In this document: piece by piece, positions 54,306 to 64,000 of the stretch | How positions within the stretch are numbered: the first letter of the stretch is position 1 | Layout: each line of letters starts with the position of its first letter | NCBI GenBank assembly: GCA_043228905.1 | Contig: JBHGNT010000021.1 | Span: forward strand, 8,990,001-9,054,000 | Length of the DNA stretch: 64,000 nucleotides | Direction: 5' to 3' | Source: Azolla caroliniana | Lineage: Eukaryota > Plantae > Polypodiophyta | The notes under the pieces: generated by a model | Seen by the model: the letters and a program-made list of their open reading frames with translations, nothing else | What the model was told of the DNA's origin: nothing | Database searches by the model: none | Translations under genes and position numbers: made by a program

Positions 54306-56978
54306 ATGTCTTCTTCTACAAGTAGAACATCTCTTGTTTCTATTGCCCCCTTTTCATTGTCAGACAACTCGTATTTCTCAATAGAAGAGTACGACCACAA
54401 AAAACATTCGCGGCTTAAACAGAAAAGTGTGGCTCCTAGTACTTCGAATTCTCTGTTTTCAATTGATCCTGTTGATGGCCCTCTTCATGCAAGCTTACAA
54501 GCGGACGATTCTTCGTCGATAGATAACAATAGCATTACTAAACCTCTAGCATTTAAAAGAGTTCCTCGACAAGTTAGTGAAAAGAGATTTAATTTCTTAT
54601 GTTCTGATCGTCAACTTCTATGCGACTTGAACAAATCGTGTTGTGTGAATCTCTGTCTATCAACTTATGGAAAGTCAAGGTTACGTGAAACACGACAAAA
54701 ATACTTGTCGCTTAATGGGGAAGAGCAAGATACATTTCTTCTTTCGCATATGCAACTTAAATTGGATCACAAAGCAGGGCCTAATTCAACGCAAGTTGAA
54801 TATTTCCTTGGACTAAATACCAAGTGTTGTCGAGCAGCTTTTAAAATCACTCATAGCATTGGAAATATGCGGCTGCAACGAGTTCAAGAGCGACTTCTGA
54901 AGGGCTCCTGGGTACACTTCGATCAAAATGGTTCTGGATGTAAGGGTCAAATTGGGCAACGGGCAATTAGGTGGATGGAGGTATATTTTTCAAAACAGTG
55001 CGAAGTCATGCCAACAACATGAAGACTTCATTTGTCAGATAACTTTACTCGAAGGGAAGTTTACCAATCGTACAAGGACGACATGTCTTCCGATGTTGAG
55101 CCTTACATACAGTACAGGCATTTTAATCGACTATGGAGGTTACAATTTAATAACGTGGTTATCCCACGAAAGGTGCGAATGGGAGTCTGCTCAATATGTG
55201 CGAGTTTAAAAAGTATGGCCAAGGGTGGAAAATCAGATGTAGAGATCAATAATTACAAGAACCTGTTAAAAGAACATCGTGAAAGTCAGGCATTGGAACG
55301 TATTAAGGCTATGCATCACTGACAAAAAGCGTTTCAATCTCCCGAAAAGTATATGTGCATGATTATTGACGGCATGGATCAAAAGAAAACTTGTTTGCCG
55401 CATTTTCAAAGACTCCCCAAGGATATTGGAGATGAGTGTCTAGTGCAAATGCATCTAGTGGGTTGTTTGACATATTGTCAAACTATAAGACCGCAAGTGT
55501 TCTTAACTTATCCCAATATCCACAATGACCCTAATCTTACTGTCACTATTATGCACAGGGTATTGCAATCATGGTCAGGTATACTCCCGCCAGTTCTATA
55601 TGTGCAACTAGACAACACAGCAAGAGAGACTAAGAACTCAACTGTCTTCGGCTATCTAAGCATGCTAGTAGAGAGGGGCATATTTAAAAAGATAAAGGTT
55701 AACTTCTTGTTGGTTGGTCATACCCATGATCACATAGATCAAATGTTCAGTAGGTTCTCAAAGAAACTTGCTCGCTGTAATGCTTTCACACTTCCACCGC
55801 TATCCAAATTGATTAGTGAAGCATATACACCAAAGCCTGAAGTACAACACTTGGAAGAAGTATACGACTTTAAACGTTTCTGCATGGATAGTGATGGGAC
55901 TAAAGGTAGGGTGCTTGCACCTCTTAATAATATAAGTTTCAACCATGTCTTCCTCATAAAACAAAGATCGACCCACCTCAAGATGACGGTGTTGTTTGCG
56001 AAATAATACTCATCTAGTGCACAATGGGAGCCCCAAGAAGGTTGTAGGCTCCTTCTTCATATCCCAGATGAACCTCTACATGGTGCACAACAAATGCCAT
56101 ATGATGATCGTAAAAATGTAGCACCAAATAGTACTATTGATGAACAAAGGGCATATTGGTTGAGATGTCTAGCAGAGAAACAAAATAATATTGATCGGAC
56201 TAAGAAGTATGCCGGTGATGAGGATGTTGAATGGTGGGAGATTTTCTTCACCCATCAACGCACCATTTTAGATAATTACATCGCCGGTTTATGGCCAATC
56301 CGTATCCCATTCACATGGAACATTGGGATGACATCAACGATATCGCAGACTCATCACCAACAATCGAATAATATGGAGCTTCATGATTTAGTTCAGCCAC
56401 TACAAAGAGATATTTATGTGGGACCAAGAAAGTCACGTACTGTTGAGGCAAGATGGCAAGGTAATTTGCAAGAACTACAAGTGGGAATGTTGGTTGCAAC
56501 ATTAGCAGGGGACGATACCTTGGGCCATCCATTTTGGATTGCAAAAATTATTGAATTAGTAAGGGATGAAGAAAGTAGTCAGACAAAGTCAATAGTAGTC
56601 CACTGGTATCAGACAACTTCACCTGATGCATTTACAGGAAAGTATTCTTTAGAGATGGTTAAGGATGTCGGATGTTCAAGCAGAAAGAGAAGAAGAAAGA
56701 ATATACCGAGCACGGCTACTCTCGCACTAGACCGTGTTGACATACTAGTATATGACTTCTCATTGACAAAATCAGGTCATCTAAGACAAGCAACTATCAA
56801 GATAATAAAGGAGAAAATCCCAAACATGGTGTCAAACGAAATACAGAGAATAACCAGAAGCAATTCTCATAACCACAAAGATGTTGGGTTGGAATTGGAT
56901 GAGGATAATGCTTTGATTGACACTGATGATGAGGATGAGACGTCAGAATGCTCTTCTAGTCCATCAGACATGTCTTAA
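54306..56978 (+). pseudogene. DDE-type transposase (~890 codons, Sola/DUF7869-like) with C-terminal BAH/Tudor-like region; three in-frame stops
   Basis: Four ORF pieces in one frame (stops at 55020, 55320, 56004). Cys-rich N-terminus (SCCVNLC, CCRAAF, CSICASL); core IIDGMDQ, QLDNTARETKN, LLVGHTHDHIDQMFS; C-terminal PFWIAKII...VVHWY. Confidence 0.85.
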
Positions 56979-57268
56979 TATATTGGTTTGGTTCAAGCTG
57001 GGGATTGTTTTACTACATGATTGGAAACTTTGTAAATTTGTTTTGGATGTAAACTCACGAATATGTATAATTGTAACTGGTAGACATGTTGTACATTATT
57101 TTGTAATTTTGGTGATGTATTTTTGGAGGCATTTTACTTATGCCTCAAAGTGGTAGTCCTGTTGAAATTCAATATATTTTGCCACCTTTTCTGAAAAGCT
57201 TTACACATGCGTCGTGTCTTTTTGAAAACTGCGTGCTTTTGTGCCCTTTTTCAACGTAGTGTTCTCAT

Positions 57269-57305
57269 AATGCGACATATTACCTGTTTCAAATGACCCG
57301 GTGTT
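57269..57305 (-). repeat. right terminal inverted repeat
   Basis: Reverse complement AACACCGGGTCATTTGAAACAGGTAATATGTCGCATT. Confidence 0.95.
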
Positions 57306-57379
57306 TTGTGTCAAACTTGTGCGAGTGGAAAGCCATAGGATGTAACTTCTGATTGTCGCCTTGCTGTGAAAAAATACTA

Positions 57380-58783
57380 CCAAGTGCGAAATATGAGGTG
57401 TCTGAGCGTGAAGCCCTCGGTATGATATATAGCATCAATAAAGTTTGACACTACCCACTGGGCTGAAAATTCATCTTTCACGTGGATCACGCGACACTAC
57501 TCTATCTAGTGTTGAAGCAGTCGCTTACAGGGAAGCTCGTGCGTCGGATGCTACTATTACAGGAACTTGAATTTGAGATTCACCATCGACCAAGTGCTCA
57601 ACAATGCAGTTGCCAACTACCTAAGCCGTATCAAGAACGGAGAGAATGTTGTCGAAGGGGATGATGACTTTCTAGATAGAGGAATCTTGCGCATTTTGGC
57701 AAGCGATGCCGAGACTGACAAGTCGTCACCAAACAACAAATGGCTCATGGATATGAGCCATTTCTTGAGCACAGGCTTACCACCTCCACATATGTGAACG
57801 GACGAGAAGAAGCGATTGGCAGCCAAGAACCATAACTTTTGTTTATTAGAAGGAACCTTGTATCACAAGGGAAGCGATGGCATTTCGCGACGGTGTGTTC
57901 GAAATGATGAGAAGGAAGCCATATTATGAGAAGCCCATTGCAGTATAGCCAGGGGCCATTACGCGGGTGACACTATCACGTGGAAGATATGGCATGGTTG
58001 GCTTTGGTGGCCAACTACACAGAAGGATGCCCAAGTGTATTGCCAAGAGTGTGACCTATGTCACTGAATGGGAAAACCTATGGAATGGGCCCGAACACCG
58101 CATTAGCCCGTGCTCCCATAAGAGCAATTCCAAAAGTGGGCCCTCGATTTCGTTGGCCCATTTATCCCAGTTGCGGTACACACGGGCAATTGATACAGAT
58201 TGGGCACAACAGATTACTGCAAAAGCATTACGGGACAACACAGCGGCATCCACCGCAAAATTTTTGTATGAGAACATCTGGTGCCGTTTCGAATGCCCTA
58301 TCGAACTCATCAATGACAATGGAGGCCATTTCCAAAACATAGTGATTCCTAGGCTCACTGACCACTTCGCCATAGTCCACAAAAACAATACCCCAAACTA
58401 CCCTCAAGCAAATGGGCTAGCAGATTTGACGAACAAAACCTTATAGAACATTTTAAAGAAAATTGTCAATGACAACCACACAGATTGGGATACTAAGATT
58501 CAAAGCACCCTATGGGCATACTGAAGTCCACCCCATTCCGGTTAGCATTTGGACTCAAAGCCCTAATGCCCATCAAATTCAAGGTTCTAAGCTTGCGGAT
58601 ACAGATTCAGGAATGCCTTCACAAACAACAATCGGAACAACTACAATTGCAGCAATTGCTCGAACTCAGCGAAGACAGGGTATGGAGCATGGCGATCCTA
58701 GAATAGGAGCAATGCCATCAAAAGGCATTCGTGGATTGGCATAGAGGGGGTAATGAGAAGTTTTTCGAAATCGGAAAAGCCGT
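57380..58783 (+). pseudogene. decayed family-A-like gypsy RNase H/integrase, interrupted by element C2 and resuming at 63966
   Basis: VDHATLLYLV, LLLQELEFEIHHRP, KALRDNTAASTAKFLYENIWCRF; IGKA|VLMFQTCMGK is rejoined across the insertion. Confidence 0.85.
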
Positions 58784-59473
58784 TGTCGTGAAGAAAACCG
58801 TCCATGAGCGGAATCGGTGCGCCGGAGCATAGGAACCGGCTCTTCATGCACGTACGCCTTATGTTGTACATAAGAGAGAATTAGGGACATGGAAGATCCT
58901 AGGTAGGTAGATTCGGTAGGTAGGAAGTTAATAGGAAACGGCTCCCTTCTTGCCTATAAAAGGAGGGAGACGAGGAAGAGGAAGGGATCGCGGAATCAGA
59001 GAGGACGAAGTGTTGTCGGGCTGTCGGTCGAAGGCTTCTCTCTCTTCCATACTCTCCGTAGCTTCTTTCTGTGCAGGTTTCGTGAGGCTCGCGCTGCTCT
59101 GAGGAATGCCCGAGTGCTTTCGGCAACACCTCCAACCTACTCCTTCCTTTCTGAGCGTTTGCGAACAGGCATCAGCATTTGTTCGCCGGCCTGTTCGGTT
59201 GTAACCGACTTCGTGCTTTTGTTGTTTGTCTCTGTTAATATATACTTACATACCGTTGTGCCTCTCTGTGTTGGTTTCCCCGCTCGCGTCTTCGTGTCGA
59301 AGGGCCGTGTCCCTGTGGATCTACGCTCGCACGTAGTGGGTCCCTTCCCTTCTCTTTTCCTTATTGCTCTTCGGTACAAGACCCCCGAGGTCCCGCCTCA
59401 TTCCACGCATCAGCGAGGAGTACCTCGACATCTTGGTGAACCCGACGTGAACGAGGTGGCAGAAGAGTAGAAG

Positions 59474-60811
59474 ATGAAAGGGTCGGATCTTGCGGAGGCC
59501 ATGGCTTCGGCCGTGGATCGGATATTGAGTGCACGCGAGGGCTCCAACGCCCTCGACAGAGCCATTGAGGCGGTTGTTGATACGATTGGCCGGTTCAGCG
59601 GAAAGGATGCCACGAAGTATTTGGAGTCCTACGGGGCAGAAATGCTGATGCGGGACATTCTGGAAGAGAGGCGTCTTGCCGGGTTCCCTCGAGTGGCGAT
59701 GCCAAGCATCCATGCTGAGGTGCTCGAGGTACGGGCGGAGAGCCGTACCTGGGAGGAGTTCGAGGGCCGATTCCTAGAAAAATACGGGCTGGACGACGCA
59801 CTCCGGCTTTCGAAACGGGACTTCATGGAATGGGTGGAGTCCCCTGGCAAGGGAAGAAACGCGTCGGCACTCCTCCGGGAGTTTGAGGAACGCTTTGCGC
59901 GCCTTTCGGCGCTTGACCGAACCGTTCTGGATACGAGCCGGGTCCTACTGTTTGTCAAGTCGGTGGACGAGCGGGACCGGGATCAAGTCGGCTCCTTGCT
60001 AGAAACCGAAGACGGGCTGACGACCGACTGGACGTCGGTTAAGAGAGTATGTGGCCGTTTCGACAAACGACGAGAATGGGCTGACAACGGGGCGACCGGA
60101 GCGGGCTCTGTCACAGCAAGGAGGCTTGAACCGGCACCACAAGGGCGAAGGGAAGAGACCCGGGAGTGGCTCGAAACCGGTTCGGCTTCGACCGGCATGG
60201 TCAATGGCTCATCCGGAGGAGCAGCGCTGGAGGAGTTGACGCAGGCGATAAAGGATCTCCAGATCGCCCAGACTCGAAGGGAAGGCGGCGAACCGGCTCG
60301 TGACCGACGACCGACGTGCATGTGGTGCGACGAGGTCGGCCACATCCGGAAGGACTGTGGCGATTTCGCAGAAGCGTTGAGGAACCGGGTGGTGTACCTG
60401 TGGGAAGGCCGGGTGCACGTCGGCGACACCAGAAGGGCCCTAAACCGAAACGACGGGCGAGGAGGTATGAAGAGACTGATGGAAGAGGCAGCGGCCCGAC
60501 ACGTGGAGGCCATCCACTACTCGGCGTCGGCCGGCATTCGGGTCGGGGGCAGCGAGGCCCGAAAGGAGGGCAAAGACGGATTCTGGTCGGCAATGCTGGA
60601 AGGTCTCGTCGACGCACGACTAAGGAAAGATGAAACGGACCGCGCTGAGAGACGGGTCCGGGAAATAACCGGGTGGAGCGATCCGGTCGAGGAGAGGACA
60701 GGCTTCCTAGAAGCCGCCTGCTGGAACTACGAGGTTCTGGTAGAAGACAAACGAGTGGGGAAAGCCGGAGCGGCCGGGCCCTCACAACGATGCGAACCCC
60801 CCTCAGCCTAG
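59474..60811 (+). CDS. gag-like ORF of gypsy family C (C-terminus altered by internal deletion)
   Basis: 445-aa ORF with CMWCDEVGHIRKDC zinc knuckle; highly similar to the minus-strand copy at 27120-28320. Confidence 0.85.
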   Translation: MKGSDLAEAMASAVDRILSAREGSNALDRAIEAVVDTIGRFSGKDATKYLESYGAEMLMRDILEERRLAGFPRVAMPSIHAEVLEVRAESRTWEEFEGRFLEKYGLDDALRLSKRDFMEWVESPGKGRNASALLREFEERFARLSALDRTVLDTSRVLLFVKSVDERDRDQVGSLLETEDGLTTDWTSVKRVCGRFDKRREWADNGATGAGSVTARRLEPAPQGRREETREWLETGSASTGMVNGSSGGAALEELTQAIKDLQIAQTRREGGEPARDRRPTCMWCDEVGHIRKDCGDFAEALRNRVVYLWEGRVHVGDTRRALNRNDGRGGMKRLMEEAAARHVEAIHYSASAGIRVGGSEARKEGKDGFWSAMLEGLVDARLRKDETDRAERRVREITGWSDPVEERTGFLEAACWNYEVLVEDKRVGKAGAAGPSQRCEPPSA

Positions 60812-63246
60812 TGCGAATGTGTACCCTGCCACAAGGAGGGACCAATTCGGTGGCCCACATGGTGAATGCAATGAACAAGGTACTGAGGGATTGCATCCCG
60901 GACATCACCATGCCAATTCTAGACGACTTTCCGATCAAGGGGTGCCTGGTGGAAGAGAAGGACGAAACACTTGGACCGGACGGATGTCGGCGATTCGTGG
61001 CAACACACATCGACGACTGCGAGAAGGTGCTACAAAGGCTAGAGGATGCGAGGCTCACCTTCTCCGGGGAGAAATCGGCCTTCGGGCAATTAGAATTCCT
61101 GGTGGTCAGACACTTGTGTGGACCATATGGCCGGAAGCCGTCTCCGGCAAAAGTAGAAGCCATCTCCGCGATGAAGACCGATTGTAGCTCGGTTACGGAA
61201 GTTCGGAGGTTCCTGGGGGCATGCACATTCTACCACATATGGATCCCACATTACGCCCACGTTGCGGAGCCGCTATACGGGTTGCTGAAGAAAGGGCAAA
61301 AATTTGAGTGGCGAGACGAGCACACGGAGTCGGTCTAGAAGCTGAAGGAAGCTCTTGCGGCAGCACCGGCGCTTCGGAAGGTTGTATACGAGAAGGGTAC
61401 CCCGGTATACATAACGGTGGATACGAGTCCGATCGGGATCGGATGGGTCGTCAACCAAGAAGACGGGGATGGCATTCGGTTCCCGATCCGATTCGGCGCG
61501 AAGGTCCTCAGTGAGCGACAGCGAGGATACGCCCAGGTTAAACGCGAACTCTGGGGTATCGTTTCGGCAGTAAAGGCCGACAAAGACTACCTGATCGGGA
61601 CGGAAGTGATTATCGAGACGGATTTCCTGCCAATTCTCGGCATGGTTTCCGTATGCGCGACACCAGACCTGGCGATGCTCAGGTGGATAGCGTACATCAA
61701 GTCCCTGAACCCGGAAATACGACACATTTCCGGAAAGGACAACGCCATGGCCAACATGCTTTCGAGGGCGAGGTTTGATGACGAGGGCGGCATGGTTTCG
61801 GAGGACGAAGAAGGCGGGGTGGACTTCTTCGAGGCAGCGTACGTGACGACCGATGGGACGAGCACTCCGGCGCTTAACGGCTTCGACGCGAGCAAGTACG
61901 ACGGCGAGTGGCTCCAGATCGGTGGTTTCTTGAGGACAATGACGCCGGATGCGTCGTGGACGAGGGACGAGGCCAACCGGATCCGGAAGAAAGCATACCG
62001 ATTCTTTCTTCGGGATGGATACTTATGGAAGCACCCGAAGAAGAGGAACGGCGTCCCGCTCCGGGTGGTGGCGATGAAGGAAGAACAGGAGGAGCTGCTG
62101 ACGGCCTACCACGACAGCCCTTGGGCTAGACACTGTAGAACGTGGGCCACGTTCGAGAAGATAAAGGGGAAGTACTGGTGGCCGGGACTGTACCGGGACG
62201 TGCATCGGTTCGTGACAACTTGCGAGAGCTGTCAAATGCACTCCATAGTCCGGCATCGGGACGAGCTTCACCCTACGTACCCTCCGACCATGCACTTCAA
62301 ATGGATGGTAGATCTGGTGACGATGCCGATGGGCGTAGGACAGATGCGGTATCTGGTCCTGGCTCGGGAAGATCTGACGAACCAGGTGGAAGGCCAAGCC
62401 CTTCAGAACAAAACGACCGCGGCCGTATGTCGGTTCCTGATCGAGGACGTGATATGCCGGTACGGGTGCGTCGGGAAGATCGTGGCTGATCGCGGGGAGT
62501 TGGACGCTGAAGAGGTCGAGGAGTTGTTCGACCGGCTAGGAGTCAAGCTCTCACTTACCACTGCGTACAATCCGGAGGCGAATGGGAAGGTGGAGCGCGG
62601 ACACAGACCGATCGTCAAGGCGTTAGTTCGGGCATGCGGGGGGCAAGTCGGGAACTGGCCGCGGCTGCTGCCTTACGCGTTGTGGGCTAACCGAACTACG
62701 CACAGTTTGGTAACCGGATTCATGCCGGCAGAGCTCATGTTTGGGTAGAAGCCGATCATGCCGATGGAACGTACGATCCCCTCGTGGGCAATCGTGGACT
62801 GGAGAGACGAGATGAGCCGGGAGGAACTGTTGGCGGCGCGTATACGACAGCTCGAGCGAAGACCGGAGGATGTGGAGCAGGCTGCGGGAAAGCTTCGGGT
62901 GGCAAGGACGAGGAACAAAGCCCGGTTCGACCGGACGCGCCGGCTCCGACCAAAGAAGATCGAGGAAGGCGACTGGGTGCTAGTCTATGACAGCAGCCTC
63001 GACAACCAGCACCGAGCAACACGGAAGTTCGCAAGAAGGTGGTTCGGGCCTTACGTGGTACAAAGCGCCAACGACAACGGGACGTACCATCTGGCGGAAC
63101 TCGACGGCACGAGAATGGCGATACCGGTAGCTGGGAAGCGGATCAAAGCGTTCAAGAAGCGTCATGACGACGAGCCGGATCCGGTTAACCTGGATCGGAA
63201 CGACGAACGATCCGAAACCGAGGAAGAACCGACGGGCGAGGAATGA
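60790..63246 (+). pseudogene. gypsy pol remnant (RT C-half, RNase H, integrase) with stops at 61336 and 62746
   Basis: LPQGGTNS, ILDDF, VRRFLG, KRELWGI, WWPGLYRDV..C..CQ, VADRGE, NGKVERGH, WFGPY. Confidence 0.9.
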
Positions 63247-64000
63247 AGGCTGGACCGGTTTTCTCCGTCCCAACTCAACTTGGCACATGCCGGTGGATGC
63301 ACGGTTAGGTGGGGGCGGATGTCGTGAAGAAAACCGTCCACGAGCGGAATCGGTGCGCCGGAGCATAGGAACCGGCTCTTCATGCACGTACGCCTTATGT
63401 TGTCATAAGAGAGAATTAGGGACATGGAAGATCCTAGGTAGGTAGATTCGGTAGGTAGGAAGTTAATAGGAAACGACTCCCTTCTTGCCTATAAAAGGAG
63501 GGAGACGAGGAAGAGGAAGGGATCGTGGAATCAGAGAGGACGAAGTGTTGTTGGGCTGTTGGTCGAAGGCTTCTCTCTCTTCCATACTCTCCGTAGCTTC
63601 TTTCTGCGCAGGTTTCGTGAGGCTCGCGCTGCTCTGAGGAATGCCCGAGTGCTTCCGGCAGCACCTCCAACCTACTCCTTCCTTTCTGAGCGTTTGCGAA
63701 CAGGCATCAGCATCTGTTCGCCGGCCTGTTCGGTTGTAACCGACTTCGTGCTTTTGTTGTTTGTCTCTGTTAATATATACTTACATACCGTTGTGCCTCT
63801 CTGTGTTGGTTTCCCCGCTCGCGTCTTCGTGTCGAAGGGCCGTGTCCCTGTGGATCTACGCTCGCACGTAGTGGGTCCCTTCCCTTCTCTTTTCCCTATT
63901 GCTCTTCGGTACAAGACCCCTGAGGTCCCGCCTCATTCCACGCATCCGCGAGGAGTACCTCGACACCGTACTCATGTTCCAAACATGCATGGGAAAACCC

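Larger units (their letters stand above)
49632..57305. mobile_element. 7674-bp TIR DNA transposon (Sola/DUF7869-like transposase) carrying a ParB-like + DNA amino-methyltransferase gene
   Basis: 37-bp TIRs with 2 mismatches; TSD TTGT at 49628-49631 and 57306-57309; removal rejoins the flanking gypsy RNase H in frame (KLHPMAFHSHKFDT|TKINYAVPDKELLAIV). Confidence 0.93.
58784..63965 (+). mobile_element. Ty3/gypsy family C, copy 2: both LTRs, gag, RT C-half, RNase H, integrase; protease and RT N-half deleted
   Basis: LTRs 58784-59430 and 63320-63965; 4-bp TSD CCGT (58780-58783, 63966-63969); PBS TGGTGAACCCGACGTGAA; PPT GGTGGGGGCGGA; gag-to-RT junction near 60790. Confidence 0.95.

Noticed and set aside
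49632-57305. Bacterial or phage contamination as source of the ParB-methyltransferase
   Set aside because: The gene has spliceosomal introns that complete conserved motifs, and the element sits between TSDs inside a plant retroelement.
60201-61226. 341-aa antisense ORF and many similar overlapping ORFs in the GC-rich gypsy copies
   Set aside because: Expected shadow ORFs opposite GC-rich gag/pol; this one spans a deletion junction.

Overview
Eukaryotic, land-plant-type DNA (spliceosomal GT-AG introns; the retroelement types suggest a non-seed plant such as a fern, which is inference). Most of the window is a deep nest of Ty1/copia and Ty3/gypsy LTR retrotransposons, several of which I could delimit by LTR pairs, PBS/PPT and target-site duplications. 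The only host gene is an 11-exon glycoside hydrolase family 1 (beta-glucosidase-like) gene at 9674-13497. Its frame and splice sites are intact, but the catalytic nucleophile (ITENG->ITSLG) and most sugar-binding residues are replaced, so it is a candidate pseudoenzyme. The most striking feature is a 7.7-kb DNA transposon at 49632-57305 with 37-bp TIRs and a 4-bp TTGT TSD, inserted in a gypsy RNase H whose frame is restored on removal. It carries two divergent genes: a DDE-type (Sola/DUF7869-like) transposase with a C-terminal BAH/Tudor-like module, and a spliced gene encoding a ParB-like domain fused to a prokaryote-type beta-class N6A/N4C DNA methyltransferase. Both genes have a few premature stops in this copy. 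All calls come from reading the sequence; no database searches were run.
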